64,000 nucleotides of DNA. Origin: Leucoraja erinacea. Taxonomy: Eukaryota. Positions 45,956 to 59,639 of this stretch are shown here, piece by piece. Within the stretch, counting starts at the first letter, position 1. Every line of letters begins with the position of its first letter. Position numbers and translations under genes: made by a program. The stretch is taken from NCBI RefSeq assembly GCF_028641065.1, contig NC_073393.1, positions 20,708,001-20,772,000 of the forward strand, written 5' to 3'. The notes beneath the pieces are model-generated. The model ran no database searches. It saw only the letters and a list, made by a program, of their open reading frames with translations, and had not been told where the DNA came from.

Positions 45956-48900
45956 TATATGGAGACATTTAGGAAGGCTAGGACTTTATTCCCTGAAGTG
46001 CAGGAGGCTGAGAGGTGATAGTATAGAGGTGTATAAAATCACTAGGGGATTAAAGAGGGCGAATGCACAGTTTTTTACCCAGAATAAGGAAATCAAAAAC
46101 CAGAGGTGTTCAGAGTTATATGGGCAAATTCGGGCAAACTTGGATGGGGCATCTTAGACAAGTTGAGCTGATGGGCCTGTTTCCATGCTGTATGACCGAG
46201 TGTATCTGAGAGCTTCAAAGTTACTTTTGCAAATTCTAAGATTATGTTTGGGAGTTTTAAAAACTGATTTTAAATTTACAATTTGTTCTGGTGAGATTCA
46301 TCAGATCATTAAGTTTGTGTTCTGAAATACGAATTCTGCAAAGTACCATTGTATACAACATCTGCTGCACATTTAGCTACAATATGGTATTTGTCTCTGG
46401 TTTTGCAAGGCACTCCCAGCTACTTAGTTATGACGCCCACAGGTTGGAAAGCTGGGACAGATCACTTCAAGGCCTGAAGGGAAACAACAGCTTGGCGGAA
46501 GGGGTGCGGTCCCAGCCTGCCAGGTGAGCCAGAGCCTCCCGGGCAAAATGTGGGGCCTTTGTTGGAATTGGAGATCTTAAATATGCCTCCAGCAATCAGC
46601 CTACGCCCTGATTTCTTCAAGCAAGATGTAGTTATATGGTTTATATCCCAATTTATCTCCTCCCTTCTGTCCTTTAATGCAGTGACACCTCGCTGTTGTC
46701 TGGTTCTATGATACCAGGATGCTTTTTAGTATTTAATCAACTTTAATTTATTACAAGGAAAGCCAGGAATTGTACTTTAAAAGCTAATAATTAGTCTGCC
46801 TTGTCCAATCCAAATGGGCCCGCAAATGTTTACAAGGTTTGTGTTTGGCATGTGGATAGTTTAGGAAGGATTTTAATGTAAGATTTTAAGCCCTCCCCTG
46901 ATTGCCCTGAAGGCATTAAGAGTCAACTGTTTTATTATGAGCCTGCTTTCTTCAACTTCACAGAGTATTGCAGCGGATCCTAAACATCAAAACGTGCACT
47001 GGAGACCATGTTATCTTCACCTTACCCCGAGAATTAAGTACTCATTCATGGAAAGTAGAAATCACGGTGGAGAAGGTACCCAAGTCGTCTAGTCATCAAG
47101 TCTTGAAATCTGAAGGGTTTCGACGCAATACATTGCATGTCCATTCCCTCCATAGATGCTTCCTGACCTGCTGAGTTCCTCCAGTACTTTGTGTTTAACT
47201 TAAACTTACAGCATCTGCAATTCTTTGTGTCGCCAATAGTGACTACTTGTTAGAAAATAGTTCAAAATGGCTTGCTTAGTGACATCCTGGGATGTGAAGT
47301 GTACTAAACTAATGACGATTCTTTCTGATAAAGAGTGTCTATTACTAAATGCAGATATTTGAAGTTTTAGCTACCTGCTGGTTGGTATGTTTGTTTGATC
47401 ATGGCCTGAAACTGATCCTCAGGGAGAGTTATTTAGATAGCACTCTCATCTTCTTAAGTTGTATGTCCCATAAACAGATTATAAAGCACTTATCAAACAG
47501 CAACTTCTCCGACTAGGCATTACCTTTATCACACAATTCTTGTCTCATTTTATGAAAAAAACACGGTAAAATGTAAATCTGATCAATACTACCTTCTGAT
47601 TCTTGTCACTTGGCCAAATTTCTGTCTGTGCTACAATTGCCCCTTTTATTTCACAGTTGATTTATAAATGGTTTGTCTGCAATCTTGTATCCTTTTGTCT
47701 GTGAGATGCTTTCTGAGAAAATCTGTCTTTGCAATATCCTTGCGACTTTCATTGATTTTCTTCTGGCAACGTTCCCATTGCTGCCTTTGTTTTCGAGCCA
47801 AGATGATGAAAACATTAAAGGATTAGGTAGTGGTCAGTCCAGGGGTGACTAGCATCTGTCATGGTGTAGATGCAGGCTCTCCTGCAGTCTTTCATCCAGA
47901 CAATAATCTAATCAAACATGTGCCATTTACGTTGCTGTAAGGTTTTGTGGTTGTCCCTCTGATGAAATGGGATGTTGGTTGTGACAAGTCTCCTCCCAAA
48001 AGAAGATTTTGGTAGAGTTAGCTTAATTTACTTTCTCCTTGACAATCACACCATTTCCAAAGCGTAGTGTCTATTCAGACCCCAGCGTTGATGCCATTGA
48101 GGATCAAGTTGTTTCCCAACAGGAGTGTCTTCAAGATCAGAGTAAGTCCTCCTGCCTCACAATAGCATCAAGGGTTAGGGTGTATGTACTGATGACTGCA
48201 ATATGTGTAATCCATGTTCGAGTAAGCCTAAGCCATGAGATGCACACAGGAGGAATTGCCAAGGCACCAGACCAGATCATTTTATTTCAAGGCAAAACCC
48301 ACCCCCAGGAAGATGGATCTAGGAACTCGAGTATGAATCACATAAACCTAGCAGGCAGGACCAACAAGTAGTTGAGATGGCAAATGTCATGTTGGATTTT
48401 ATTGTGAAGGGGTTGGAGTTTAAGAAAATGGAGGTTTTGTTCCAGTTTTACCGGGTGCTGGTGAAACCTCAGCTGGAATATAGGGCACAGTTTTGGTCAC
48501 CAGACCTAAAAAGGCATTGGAAGTGGTCCAAAGAAGATTCACCAGGCAAATTCCTGGGATGAGAGGGTTGCCCTATCAAGAGAGACTTGACAGGTTGAAT
48601 CTATATTCTATGGCTCACTAGTGGGGAACCATAAACAAGGGGATATAAATACAAGATATATTATTTAAAACTGAGATGCATGGAAATTTCTTTTCCGAGG
48701 GTAGTGAATCGCAGAAATTCTTTCCAAGGGTTGGGGAGGTCAGATGATTCGATACATTTAGGATGGAGATAAATATTTGAAAGAGTCATGAATTGAGAGT
48801 TCTGGAAACTGGTACAGAATAGGTCAGCCATGGTCATACTGAGGTAGGAGGGACCTGGCAGTATTCTCTGTCCCTTATTTTCGTGTATTCTTGTTCTCTT

Positions 48901-49639
48901 CTGGTTTGCCCTTCGAAGAAGTTGGATACATTGTCTTGCCAATTAAGTGGATGATAGATAGGTACATGAATATATAGGGAATGGACGGATATTTAATATC
49001 AGTGTTTAAAATAAATTTGGACAGATACATGGATAGGAAAGGTTTAGAGAGACGTGGGCCAGACACAGTTAAATTGGACTAGCTTAGATGGGGCATAGAA
49101 TCATATAGTGATACAGTGTGCAAACAGGCCCTTCGGCCCAACTTACCCACACTGGCCAACAAGTCTCAGCTACAGTAGTCCCACCTGCCTGCATTTGGTC
49201 CATATTCCTCCTAACCTGTCTTATCCATGTACCTGTCTAACTGTTTCTTAAACGTTGGGATAGTCCCAGCCTCAACTACCTCCTCTTGTAGCTCGTCCCA
49301 TACACCTACCACCCATTGTGTGAAAAAGTTACCCCTCAGATCCCTCTTAAATTGTACAATGGAGGGATATGGATCATGTGCATGTTGACATCATGTTCCG
49401 TACAGACATAGTGGGCTGAAGGGCCTGTTCCTTTGCAGTACCTTTCTATGTTCTTTGTCTATACTCCAGAAAACATTGTTTTATATAGCTTCATATTGTT
49501 GTCCTTAAACATCCCAGTCAAAAGTCACCCTTACATGATAGTGTAGCTAGTTGGCGCCAAAGATCAATTTTCAAAACATAAAGAGGGTAAAAGAAAGTGC
49601 AGGAATTTGAGTTGCAGGTAAATGTGGAGCAGAACTCCT

Positions 49640-51800
49640 GAACAACTCCTTTCACTTCTACACAATCCGCGCCGACAAAGAGGTGGGAGCGAAATCAACC
49701 TTTCAAACACCTTTGCAAAAAAAAAAAAAAAACAGCTTCGTCGAGAAACTGGAAGGCTGATCGTGTGTGTATGTGTGAAAAAAACATATTATAATAACTT
49801 TGCATTCGAAGTAATGACATTGCAATGAACTGCAGAGTGGGAGGGAAAGTTTTTTGGCAAATAAAAAAAATTAAGACGAGCAAAACATGAAACAATATTT
49901 ATAACAATCTATAAAAACAAAGAGAGAGGGGACAAGAAAATATTTAAAGATGGTTTTAAAGAAACAAAAGCAATTGAGGCCAATCGCCGGCGGAGCTCCC
50001 GGAGAAATTTTAGTGGCAGACACATAGCTATAATTGAAATGGCGCTTTACGCCAGAGGCAAGTTGCGAGGGCGCTCTTTACAATAGAAGAATGCATGGGG
50101 ATTCACGTCATTGGGATTTAATGGCCAGCAGGAAATTTGGCATTGGAGACGTTAGGAAAATGCAGAAAAATACACATACATGCTCAGCACATCTATTTAA
50201 AAATGCAGATGGAATCCTAGCCGGCACCTTCACATCAACAAGTCCCCCACTATTTCTGTTAATCAGCCTGGGTAAAGATCGCAGCAAACGTGTTCTGTGT
50301 TACTTATTTTTCTCAGAACTGAAAATTTATGCCTGGTTAAAAATGCCTGGGGGAAGATTACATCAGAAGGAATGACAATGATTAAAATCAGCTCTATTTT
50401 TTGGGGGGGACGGGGGGTGGGAGGGGGTTGCCAAATGTATTAAGAGATGTGACAGTACATCTGATTAAAACCGTTATCCAGAGTAGAGGGGACGGAACCG
50501 GGGAGTGAGAAATTGAACCGTTAGCAACAGAAAGGAGCAAAAAAAAGGAGAGAATAATCCCACCACCGAGGGCTGTGGAGAGACTGTTTCGCATCAGTTC
50601 GGTAGGAGAAAAAAATATTTCGAAATGAGCCAGAGAGCGATTTAATCGGAGCCCTGTCCCTGCCCCGGGGCCGTGTAATAGCCCGCGGCACAACAGCTTT
50701 TTTTCCTCCTTCGCCTCCCTGTGTTATTTAGAGACTGATTATTGGTTTTCTGTCTCTCTCTCTTATTCTGCAACAGATCCCAATCTGCTTTTAACACAGA
50801 AAGAAGCCAGCCGGAGAGAGCGAAGGGAGGGCGAGAGAGAAATCCCCATCGAATTGTGTTCGGGGCGAAGGCAACAGAGAAGAGATTTAATGTTCACGGT
50901 AGGAGCCCCGGTTTTTTACAGCGGTCGCCGCGTCTTTTGCAACTTGCTATGTCTTAGCTGCTTGTACTTTGACAGTGTTTCGCCGGTCGCCGGTTTTTTT
51001 TATTGTCCCTTGTACCGAGCTCTGGTCGCCGGCTTCGGTCCCCCGGTTGGTGGTGTCGGTGCCCGCGCCGCTACTACCGGAGCCGGGCTCTCTCCTTGCC
51101 CACTGCCTCTCCCGGAGACAAGCTCCAATTTCCGCTCTACCCTTCCCTTCTTTCTTCGGGTTCCCCTCCTGTGATCCCGGGGTCGAATGTGTTATTACCA
51201 GAGGTCCCGGTTAGCTCCGGCTCCGAGGTCACGGCTCAGGAGCCCGCGGAAGAGACTCGGCTTTTATTCCCGGCAACTCCCAGCACTTTACAACAGTCTC
51301 CTCCTGCAGAGCTTCATGTATTAATGTTGATGCAGGGTTTTGTGACCAGCTTTGTTGTGAGCTTTACTGACTAAAGGTTCAGCGTTTAAAAGACAAATTC
51401 AGTGTGGGAATGAAGGAATGTCGATTTGTTCAAAGTTTGAATGAATGAATGAATGAATGGGGGACCCGGAGAAGTTAAACCTAAGTTCCCGCAGCTTGTA
51501 CAGCTGCCACCGGCAGGCTGGAACAACTGGGGGAGTGAGAGCTGCGGACGGCCTGCGAACAGAGTGCAGTTCCCCGCAGGTTATCGGAGAGGCTCCGCTC
51601 CACTGCCGCCCGCCACTCCTTGCGGCAGAGCGGGCCCCACCAATATCCAATATCTCCACAGATTTACAACACCACGGAAACCTTCCCTTCATCTGCCGAT
51701 CAGATCGTCCGTTAAATTATTTGTTCAGCAGGTAATCAGGAAGAGACGTGTGTTAATAAAGCCACAAGACGTTGGCTGGTTTCATTCCTATCAGGCTTGG
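49640..51800. promoter_or_regulatory. CpG-rich, repeat-free promoter region, probably of KCTD15
   Basis: Over 2 kb without recognisable transposons, CpG-dense, with CCAAT (49980), a CRE-like cacgtca and AP-2 consensus sites. It lies downstream of CHST8, as KCTD15 does in human. Confidence 0.7.
50777..50898 (+). other. KCTD15: Putative exon ending in a 3-codon start (ATG TTC ACG at 50890-50898, phase-0 donor), candidate first coding exon of KCTD15
   Basis: Strong acceptor (ctgat branch-like site, long pyrimidine tract, caacag) and donor ACG|GTAGG; an upstream donor TCG|GTAGG at 50601. MFx followed by a splice matches my recollection of short KCTD1/KCTD15 isoforms. No BTB exon was found in the window, so the identity is inferred. 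Confidence 0.45.
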
Positions 51801-53949
51801 ATTGAAAATTAACTAGGACTTTTGTTTTGCTTGTAGGGAACCTGAATTATGTCTTGGAGTCTTGTGAACATTTCTAGTATCCATATTACAACAAAAAAAT
51901 GATGTAGAGATACTGGAAAAGGTGCAAATATATTTTTTTCTGGAGAGATTCCAAAATAAGAGGTTATATCCAGTAGAAAAGAATGTTCTTTTCCCTAAAG
52001 TGGGTCTTGAAGATTAAGCCAATATGTGATTATTCATAAATGAAGTTATAATCATAGGGAAACGGGCCCTTTGGCCCACTTTGTCCACACCAACTAAGTT
52101 GACATACTGGGCTGGTCCCATTTTCCTGCATTTGGCCCATATCCTGCTAAACCCTTTACTATCTGTCCAAAGGTAGACACAAAATGCTGGAGTGTCAGCG
52201 GGACAGGCAGCATCTGTCGATCTATCTGTCCAAATGTCTTTTAAAAGTCGTAATTGTATCCACTTCTATAGCTTCCTCTGGCAGCTTGCTCCATATACGG
52301 ATCGCCCCCTGAGTGAAAAGGTTGTCCCTGAGGTCCCTCTTAAATCTCTCCCCTCTCACCATAAGCATCTCATTTTAGAATCTTCTATCCTGGGAAAAAG
52401 ACTGTGGGCATTCACTTTATCCATGCCCCTCATGATCTTGTACACCTCGTATGGTCATCCCTCAGCCTGCTACTCTGCTCAAAGGACAAAGTCCCAACCT
52501 ATCCAGCCTCTCCTTAGAACTCGAGCCCGCAAGCCCAGGTAACATCCTGGGTGAATCTCTTCTGAACTCATTTCAAACTAATCACATCCTTCCTATAGCT
52601 GGGTGACCTGAACTGCTCACAGTACACAATACTACACACGGTGTGGTCTCACCAACTTACACAGCTGCATTATAAAGTGCCAGCTTTTGTACTCAAAACC
52701 CTTCCCAATGAAGACAAGCATGCCAAACATCTTCACCATACTGTTCACCTAACTTCCCATTTTTCGGGACCATGCATCTGTACACCCGGTAAGGTTATTC
52801 GGGTCTCGACCCGAAACGTCACCCATTCCTTCTCTCCAGAGATGCTGCGTGTCCCGCTGAGTTACTCCAGCATTTTGTGTCTAAGGTTATTTGCACATGC
52901 AGGCGACCAAAACTATAGATCACAAATATGAAAAAAACATGATAAATTCAATGGGCAATTCAGACAATAGATATTCACTGCGAGAAGAGTGAGAATGTGG
53001 AACTTGTCCCTACGGTGAATGGTCGAAGTAATGAGAGGGGATGTGATGCACTTGTGGGAAAGCTGGGTAAACATGTGTTGGAGAAAGAAACAAAGGTTTA
53101 GATAGAGAAACGTTTGAGGAGCCTCAGATGGAACATAACTCAGATATGAACCCAGTGGGACTGAATGGTCTATTTCACGACTACAACTCTACAATGATCC
53201 ATGGAGTCATTGCCGTATGACTGAGTAGATTGTGAACTGGATATATAGACCGTGGTTCATTCGGGCTATGGGTTTGAACCCACATTAGAGACTAATCACA
53301 ACGTTGATGATACAGAACTGAGTTTGGGGAGTGCTGCACTCTTGGCATGTTATATGACTGAAACCCCAAATCTATCTCAGATGGATGTAAAGATGCTTCA
53401 AAGATGAGCAAGAGGGTTATCCTGATGTGCTAGAAGTTTCTTCTTGGGCAGTCCAATAGTTCTAAGGATGATTTGTTCAAGGATGAGGGATGCATGATCC
53501 AATGATCTACCACAGATGGAGAGGAGGCGTTTGTTGAGCTGGTAGGTTGATGGTACAAGTTGCTTGCTTCTACTGTTATCATGGGACTTCTGCTTGCAGC
53601 TGACAAAGATGTTGGAGATTGACAGTCCCATCCTGAATGCTCTGCCCCCTTACTGTGCAGTCATTGGGCAGGGATTGCTGCGCTGTGAGGGAGGGAGGTC
53701 CTGAGGACATCTTTGAATCATTTCCTCTGTCCACCTGGTAATCTCCCCCAAGGGTGGAGCTTGGAGCTGTGAAGCTAACGTTGGCCATGCCCACTGGAGC
53801 CAATTAAACGTAATGCTATTTCTGTTGGCTAGGAGTGTCATCCAACCTGCCATGGGATTGGGAGGACTTTGCAGTTACAGTACTGATGGTATCTCTCCAG
53901 TGCTTTGTGATGTCTGCTGCAGGTATTCCATGGAAATGTACAAGAGGAT

Positions 53950-54410
53950 GCGATGTACAAGATTCCTGGGATGTCAGGACTTTCATATGAAGTAAGACTG
54001 GCTTGTACTTGCTAGAATTTAGAAGATTGGGGGGAGCATCTTATGGAAACTTACAAAATTCTTAAGCGGTTGGACAGGCTAGATGCAGGAAGATTGTTCC
54101 CGATGTTGGGGAAGTCCAGAACAAGGGGTTACAGTTTAAGTATAAGGGGGAACCGAGATGAGAAAAACATTTTTCACACGGAGAGGGGTGAATCTGTGGA
54201 ATTCTCTGCCACGGAAGGTAGTTGAGACCTGTTCATTGGCTATATTTAAGAGGGAGTTAGGTGTGGCTAAAGGGATCAGGGGGTATGGAAAGTGGCAGGT
54301 ACAGGATACTGAGTTGGATGATCAGCCATGATCATATTGAATGGAGGTGCAGGCTCGGAAGGCCGAATGGCCTACTCTTGCGCCTATTTTCTATGTTTCT
54401 ATGTTTCTAT
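53950..54410 (+). mobile_element. CR1-type LINE 3' end
   Basis: ETYKILK.LDRLDAGRLFPMLGKSRTRG.SL; (ttctatgt)n tail. Confidence 0.82.
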
Positions 54411-57400
54411 GATCACTGCTATCAATAGACAATGAGCTTTGTGCTGGGTTTGTGGTCCTGACCTTTGAACTTCTTTGGTCCAGATAGGCCAGGGCTGTGC
54501 TGGCACACTAAAGATGGCGGTAAATGTCATCATCCATATGTCTGCACTGAGAGGTGTTCCAGGGGTATGGAAAGCAAGCCAGGGTTTTAAGCATCTTCAC
54601 TGTCAGTGATGCTTTGAATTACAGTGAGGGGCACATTAGTTTGCAGATTTCAAGTGCAAAGTTGATTACGTTGTACGCCTTAGTGAATGAGTGCAGAGTG
54701 ACTTGGAACTTGGCTTCCAAATATGTGCATCGAATCATAATTGTAACATAAATGCGTCTTTATTTATATGATTAAAGCAGAAATGTAGGATGTTGCTGAG
54801 ATTGGAGGCTATATAAGGAGAGGTTGGTTATGAAAGGCCTGGTATCCTTGCAGCAAAGGAGGCTGAGGAGGTACATTCTGAGGTTTATAAAATCAAGAGG
54901 GGTATAGATAAGGTGAATGGGCGCAGGGTTTTTCCCAGGCCAGGTGAGTCTAAAACTAGAGGGCATTGGTTTAAGGTGAGAGGGGAAAGATTTACAGAGG
55001 ATAGATGGAACAAGCAGGTCCAACAACAGCATTTAAAAGACATTTGGACAGGTTTCTGAACAGGAGATGTTTGGTGATACAGGAAAATGGAACTAGCTCA
55101 GGAAAGCATGTTGGTCAGCACGGATGAATTGGGCTGAAGGGCTGTTTCCGCGCTGTATAACTATATGACTGTCCACCAAGTAATGATGCCTGTAATTACT
55201 AGATAATCTGATTCACATCATCATGTTCTAAGAACAGTTTATAAAATCTGTCTATCAGATGATCTGACAAGATCACCTATCGCATTACTTGTTTTACAAG
55301 TTATTAAACATATGGCTCACGCATATGTATACCTGCCTACCTAGCTACTGACTTACCATTTTCAGTGCAACTATTTAGCTGGCCGTGTGACTATCTATCT
55401 CACTATGCCCATACATCCATAGTGTATCTGTGTTATATATAACTGATGCTCATTAATCTCTCCAATAATATTGGCTGGAACTGAAACCTATAATGGAGGT
55501 TGCCTCTATGGACCCATTCTTCGTACTTAGAGTGTTTCCGGGAAATCATTTATAAAGCAGTCGGCAGCAATACAAATCAGTGGCAATTCTTCCTTTGCAT
55601 CTTGTACCCCAGTAGACTCTAGTTACGTACAGTCCGCTGTGTTGAATAGACCGTATCATTCAAATCCCTTACACTAGATTCCTAAACTTGAATCTCTTGC
55701 ATCCTAAACTGGTGTTCTGCTCTGAGCTCTGTTCTGGAAAGAGATAACCAAACAAACAGCGGGCAAGATTCAAAAATGTTTTCAAAGCCTCCTGGAAAAA
55801 GTGTGACACCCCCACTGACTCATGGTGATCTCTGGCCCATGTCTACTCAAGGTGTTGAAGGATTTTTGGGAATGTTATTGAGAATGTCGTCCATGCGTCG
55901 GATGCCCTTGCAACCCAGTGTCAAGAGTGGAAGGAATACCTCACTCCACCTGCCCCTTCTATACAAGAGTCTACATTCCCACATTGGTTGCACATTCCAT
56001 ACCCGATGAAGGGTCCCGACCCGAAACATCGACTCTCCATTTCCCTCCACAGATGCTGCTCAACCCGCTGAGTTCCCCTGCTGCTCTAGATTCCAGCGTC
56101 TGTAATCTCTGGTGTTTCCTGCATTGGTCTCATTGGCAACTTCAGAATCTACCACACTAAAGTGGAAGCACATCTTGACCAGCTCCCTCTTTCTCTAATA
56201 ATTTTATTCGGTCCCCTCATAATGTCAAACTGTGACCTCTCTGCCCCAGTGGTCTGTGCCGGTGACTGCCTTGTTGATGTGTCGATGTGTTTTTTAACCT
56301 GGTGTAAATGATAATCCCTTGGTCACTTTGTGCATAGGACCTTTGGTAAGGGTGCCATATATTGTAACAGGCTATTGTTCTCTGCTTTCTGAACTCTTGA
56401 CTCTGTCTTCAAGTAACATCTGTCCACATGCTCTTTGAGGCAGTAACTAGCTAGTTTAACTCCTTCACAGCTCAACACTGCTGAAACCTATAAAGCACTA
56501 ATCCAGCTCAAGATTAGCAGTGCCAGCCAGACCCCAGGCCTGTGTTCTGAGTAGGTTTATTTGACATTTTTTGTAGGGTTAGATGGGCTAGGTGTAGAGT
56601 AGATGTGTGTTGTCCTGGACTAGGAACCATGATTATGAGATAGCAACAAATTAGAAATTTAGTACAACCCTCTTTCCCCGGACAGCAGTGAGAATGTGGA
56701 ACTCGTTCTCAAGGGAAGTTGTCAAGGTAAATCACAATCGGGGAAACTGAGGAAAGAAGAAACTGTGCTGATGGGAAGAGGTGCAGTTCGAAGCTTGTGT
56801 AGACTATGAACCAGAAGCCTTTTCGGACAAAGGGCCTTTCTCTCTCGTAAATTCAGCATAATTTTGAGAAAACATCACTGGCTGTCCATGGATGTTGGTG
56901 TGAAGCAATAAAAAGGTAGTAAAAAGGTATTTGGAAACAATTTACACCAGAAATCAATTAAACTGCTCTGCGGTGACAGGCTGTGCTTCCTTTGGTAGAG
57001 ATGTTATATCACTCTCTGTGTACCTCTTGCGATGTTCTGCTCGCGTTACCCTTTTAGAATCACAGGGTCATCCAGCATATAAACAGCCCCCTCAGCCCAC
57101 CGGCTCTGTGCCAACCATAAACTGTCCATTTGTAGTAATTCTACTTTAATCACATTTAAAAAAAATCTCTGCACATTCTGGGGATCAACTCCTCTGTGAT
57201 CAAGCCAACATGGATAGGTTACAAGACTGAAGAAGAGTCTTGACCTGAAATGTCACATCCACTTTCTCCAGTGATGCTGCCTGACCCGCTGAGTTTCTCC
57301 AGAATTTTGTGTCTATAAGTGGGATTTGTACAGGTAGGTACAATGGTTGTCATGGATGTGGTTGTCAGGGATCATGGATGTAGTGGGTCTATGACTGTAG

Positions 57401-59639
57401 CCTGTGAAACTGTATTCCTGTGAGAATTTGTGTCTATATTTAAAAAAAAACACCCCTTTAAGAGTCATTGTCATAAATAACCGCAGCTACAATGGGGTCA
57501 CTGTTTAAAGAAGTGGATCGCAGTCAGAATCAGTACCTGAGGGACTCGTACATTAATGGAAATCTGTGCTTGAGGGATTGTATCCCAATGACAAGTGGCA
57601 ACCTGAGGAGCTGGATCTCAGTGACAAGTTGGTACTCTCAGGGACTCTTCCCCCAGCGAGTGTCAGCATGCTTAGGAGGTCCCCTCAAGATAGTCCCATT
57701 GTCAGAATTAATACCTTCAGGGACTACCACAACAGGAGTCATTACACTGAGGATCTGTATCGAACAGAGAGACGGCACTTTCTGAAGCTTTGAAGTGTTG
57801 AAGCCTTCACGAATGGTACCCGAGGGAGGATCAACATCCTCCGGAGCTGATCTCAGGGATAGTCAGTGCCCATAGTACTGCATTGTGAGGAGTTGGGACA
57901 ACAGGTATATACGTTTCAGGCCCTTCACTTCTCTTTTGGTGACCTGTCTCTTTCCGATCTGAGTACAGTTGGGGTTTGGCTTTTATGGTGTTCCCCCCTG
58001 GTATGCAAGGTCATGAGGCAGCCACCCCGAGAAATGCCACTTCCTTTTGAAGGCCATTCCCTGGCACAGGAAACGAGACAACAGCCTGAATCACAACAAG
58101 TTGCGTCACTGCTAGTGCAGCATTTCAATGTCGACGCATGGAGCCCCACGCAGCAACGACTGCAGCAAAACACGACGGGTTGGGCAGCATCTGTAGAGCG
58201 AATGGGCAGATGACATTTCAGGCATGGACCCTTCTTCAGACTGATGGAGTAGAGGGGAGAAAGCTGGAGGAGAGAGGTGGAGCAGGATAAAGCTTTATAT
58301 GTAGTCGGCGAATACAGGTGAGGACGTTTGGTTGGGAGATGGGTGGAGTAAGTGACAAAGACAAGAGGTGAAAAGCATCAGGTGCTGCAGTATCTCATAA
58401 CACCAACTATTGCAGTAACTTGTTCATGTTTAAAACAACAAGCAGAAGAGACTGCTTTCCCTCGGTTCATTAACACAGTGTCCCAGTGAGACCGACGCTG
58501 GCAGCAGGAAAATACTAGCTGGTTGAAGACCTGAAAGAAACTTGAAGATACACCCAACTTCAGCCCCCCCCTCCCATTGCCACCACATGCACCCCCCACC
58601 GCAGTGCTGCCATAGTGCTGTTAGGTTGGGACAGACCAAGATTTTAATCCATTGATGAGGAAGGAGGGGGGTGAGACATTTTAAAGGTGATAGGTATGTG
58701 AATTGCAAGCAACACTGGTCCCATGCTTTTGTTGCTCCACCAGGTAGTGCATTGTGATTTTAAAGATACACCCATTCTCAGACAATCAGAACATAAAACA
58801 GTGCAGCACAAGTGCAGAATATTTGCCCACAATGTTTATGCCGAACATGATGTCAATTTAAACTGGTCTCTGCCTGCACTTGGTCCATATCTTTCCATTC
58901 CCTGCATATTCATGTGCCTATTCTGAAAGCCATTTAAATGCCACTATCATATCTGCCTCCACCACCACCCCCAGCAGTGCGTTCCAGGCACTCTCCACTC
59001 TGTGTACAAGAATATGCCCCGCATCCCTCCTTTAAACTTTGTCCCCCTCACCTTAAATCTATGCCCTTTAGTCTTTGACATTTCCACCCTGGGGAAAAAA
59101 GACTTTGACTGTGGCAGTTCGTTCTAAGTCCATTGCTGAATATTTTGAAACAGAACTTGAATTGGAAAATGACAATAAAGGAATCTAATTCTAATTCTAA
59201 TTCTAATATGTTTGTGCATAATACATTTGCCATACCTAAAGGAATTTAGTGGTAGTCTGCATTCACTAAAATCCTTACATTATTTTGTTAACACTCACTG
59301 GGTCCTTTTTAAACTTTACGATTGCAATAAGGAGTTCCTTTCTCTGACTGCGGTGTTTTGGAAATGAAACAGCTGGATTACAGTGCACAGTTGCAGCTGT
59401 CAGCCTCAGTGTGATTGCTGAACATTCAGGTGGACACTTGCGTCTCAGAGGCTACTTCAGCAGCTGACGACTGCAGCTGTTGGTGAAAGTCAAACAGCTC
59501 TGAATCCGTCAAGGCTGCTCCCAACAAAATCAGAATTACCTTCCTTGGTTTTCAAGGTACCTTCATTGTTTTTCACATTACCATAAACCCTGGAAATATT
59601 CGCCATCATCATTAGATTAGAAAAAAACCCTTAAAGGGC

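Noticed and set aside
48039-48371. 110-aa ORF upstream of the CpG region
   Set aside because: Non-ATG start, no recognisable motifs and no clear splice signals.
57490-57800. Possible Tx1/L1 3' remnant or coding exon
   Set aside because: Similarity is too faint to support by eye, and there is no match to KCTD15 BTB sequence.
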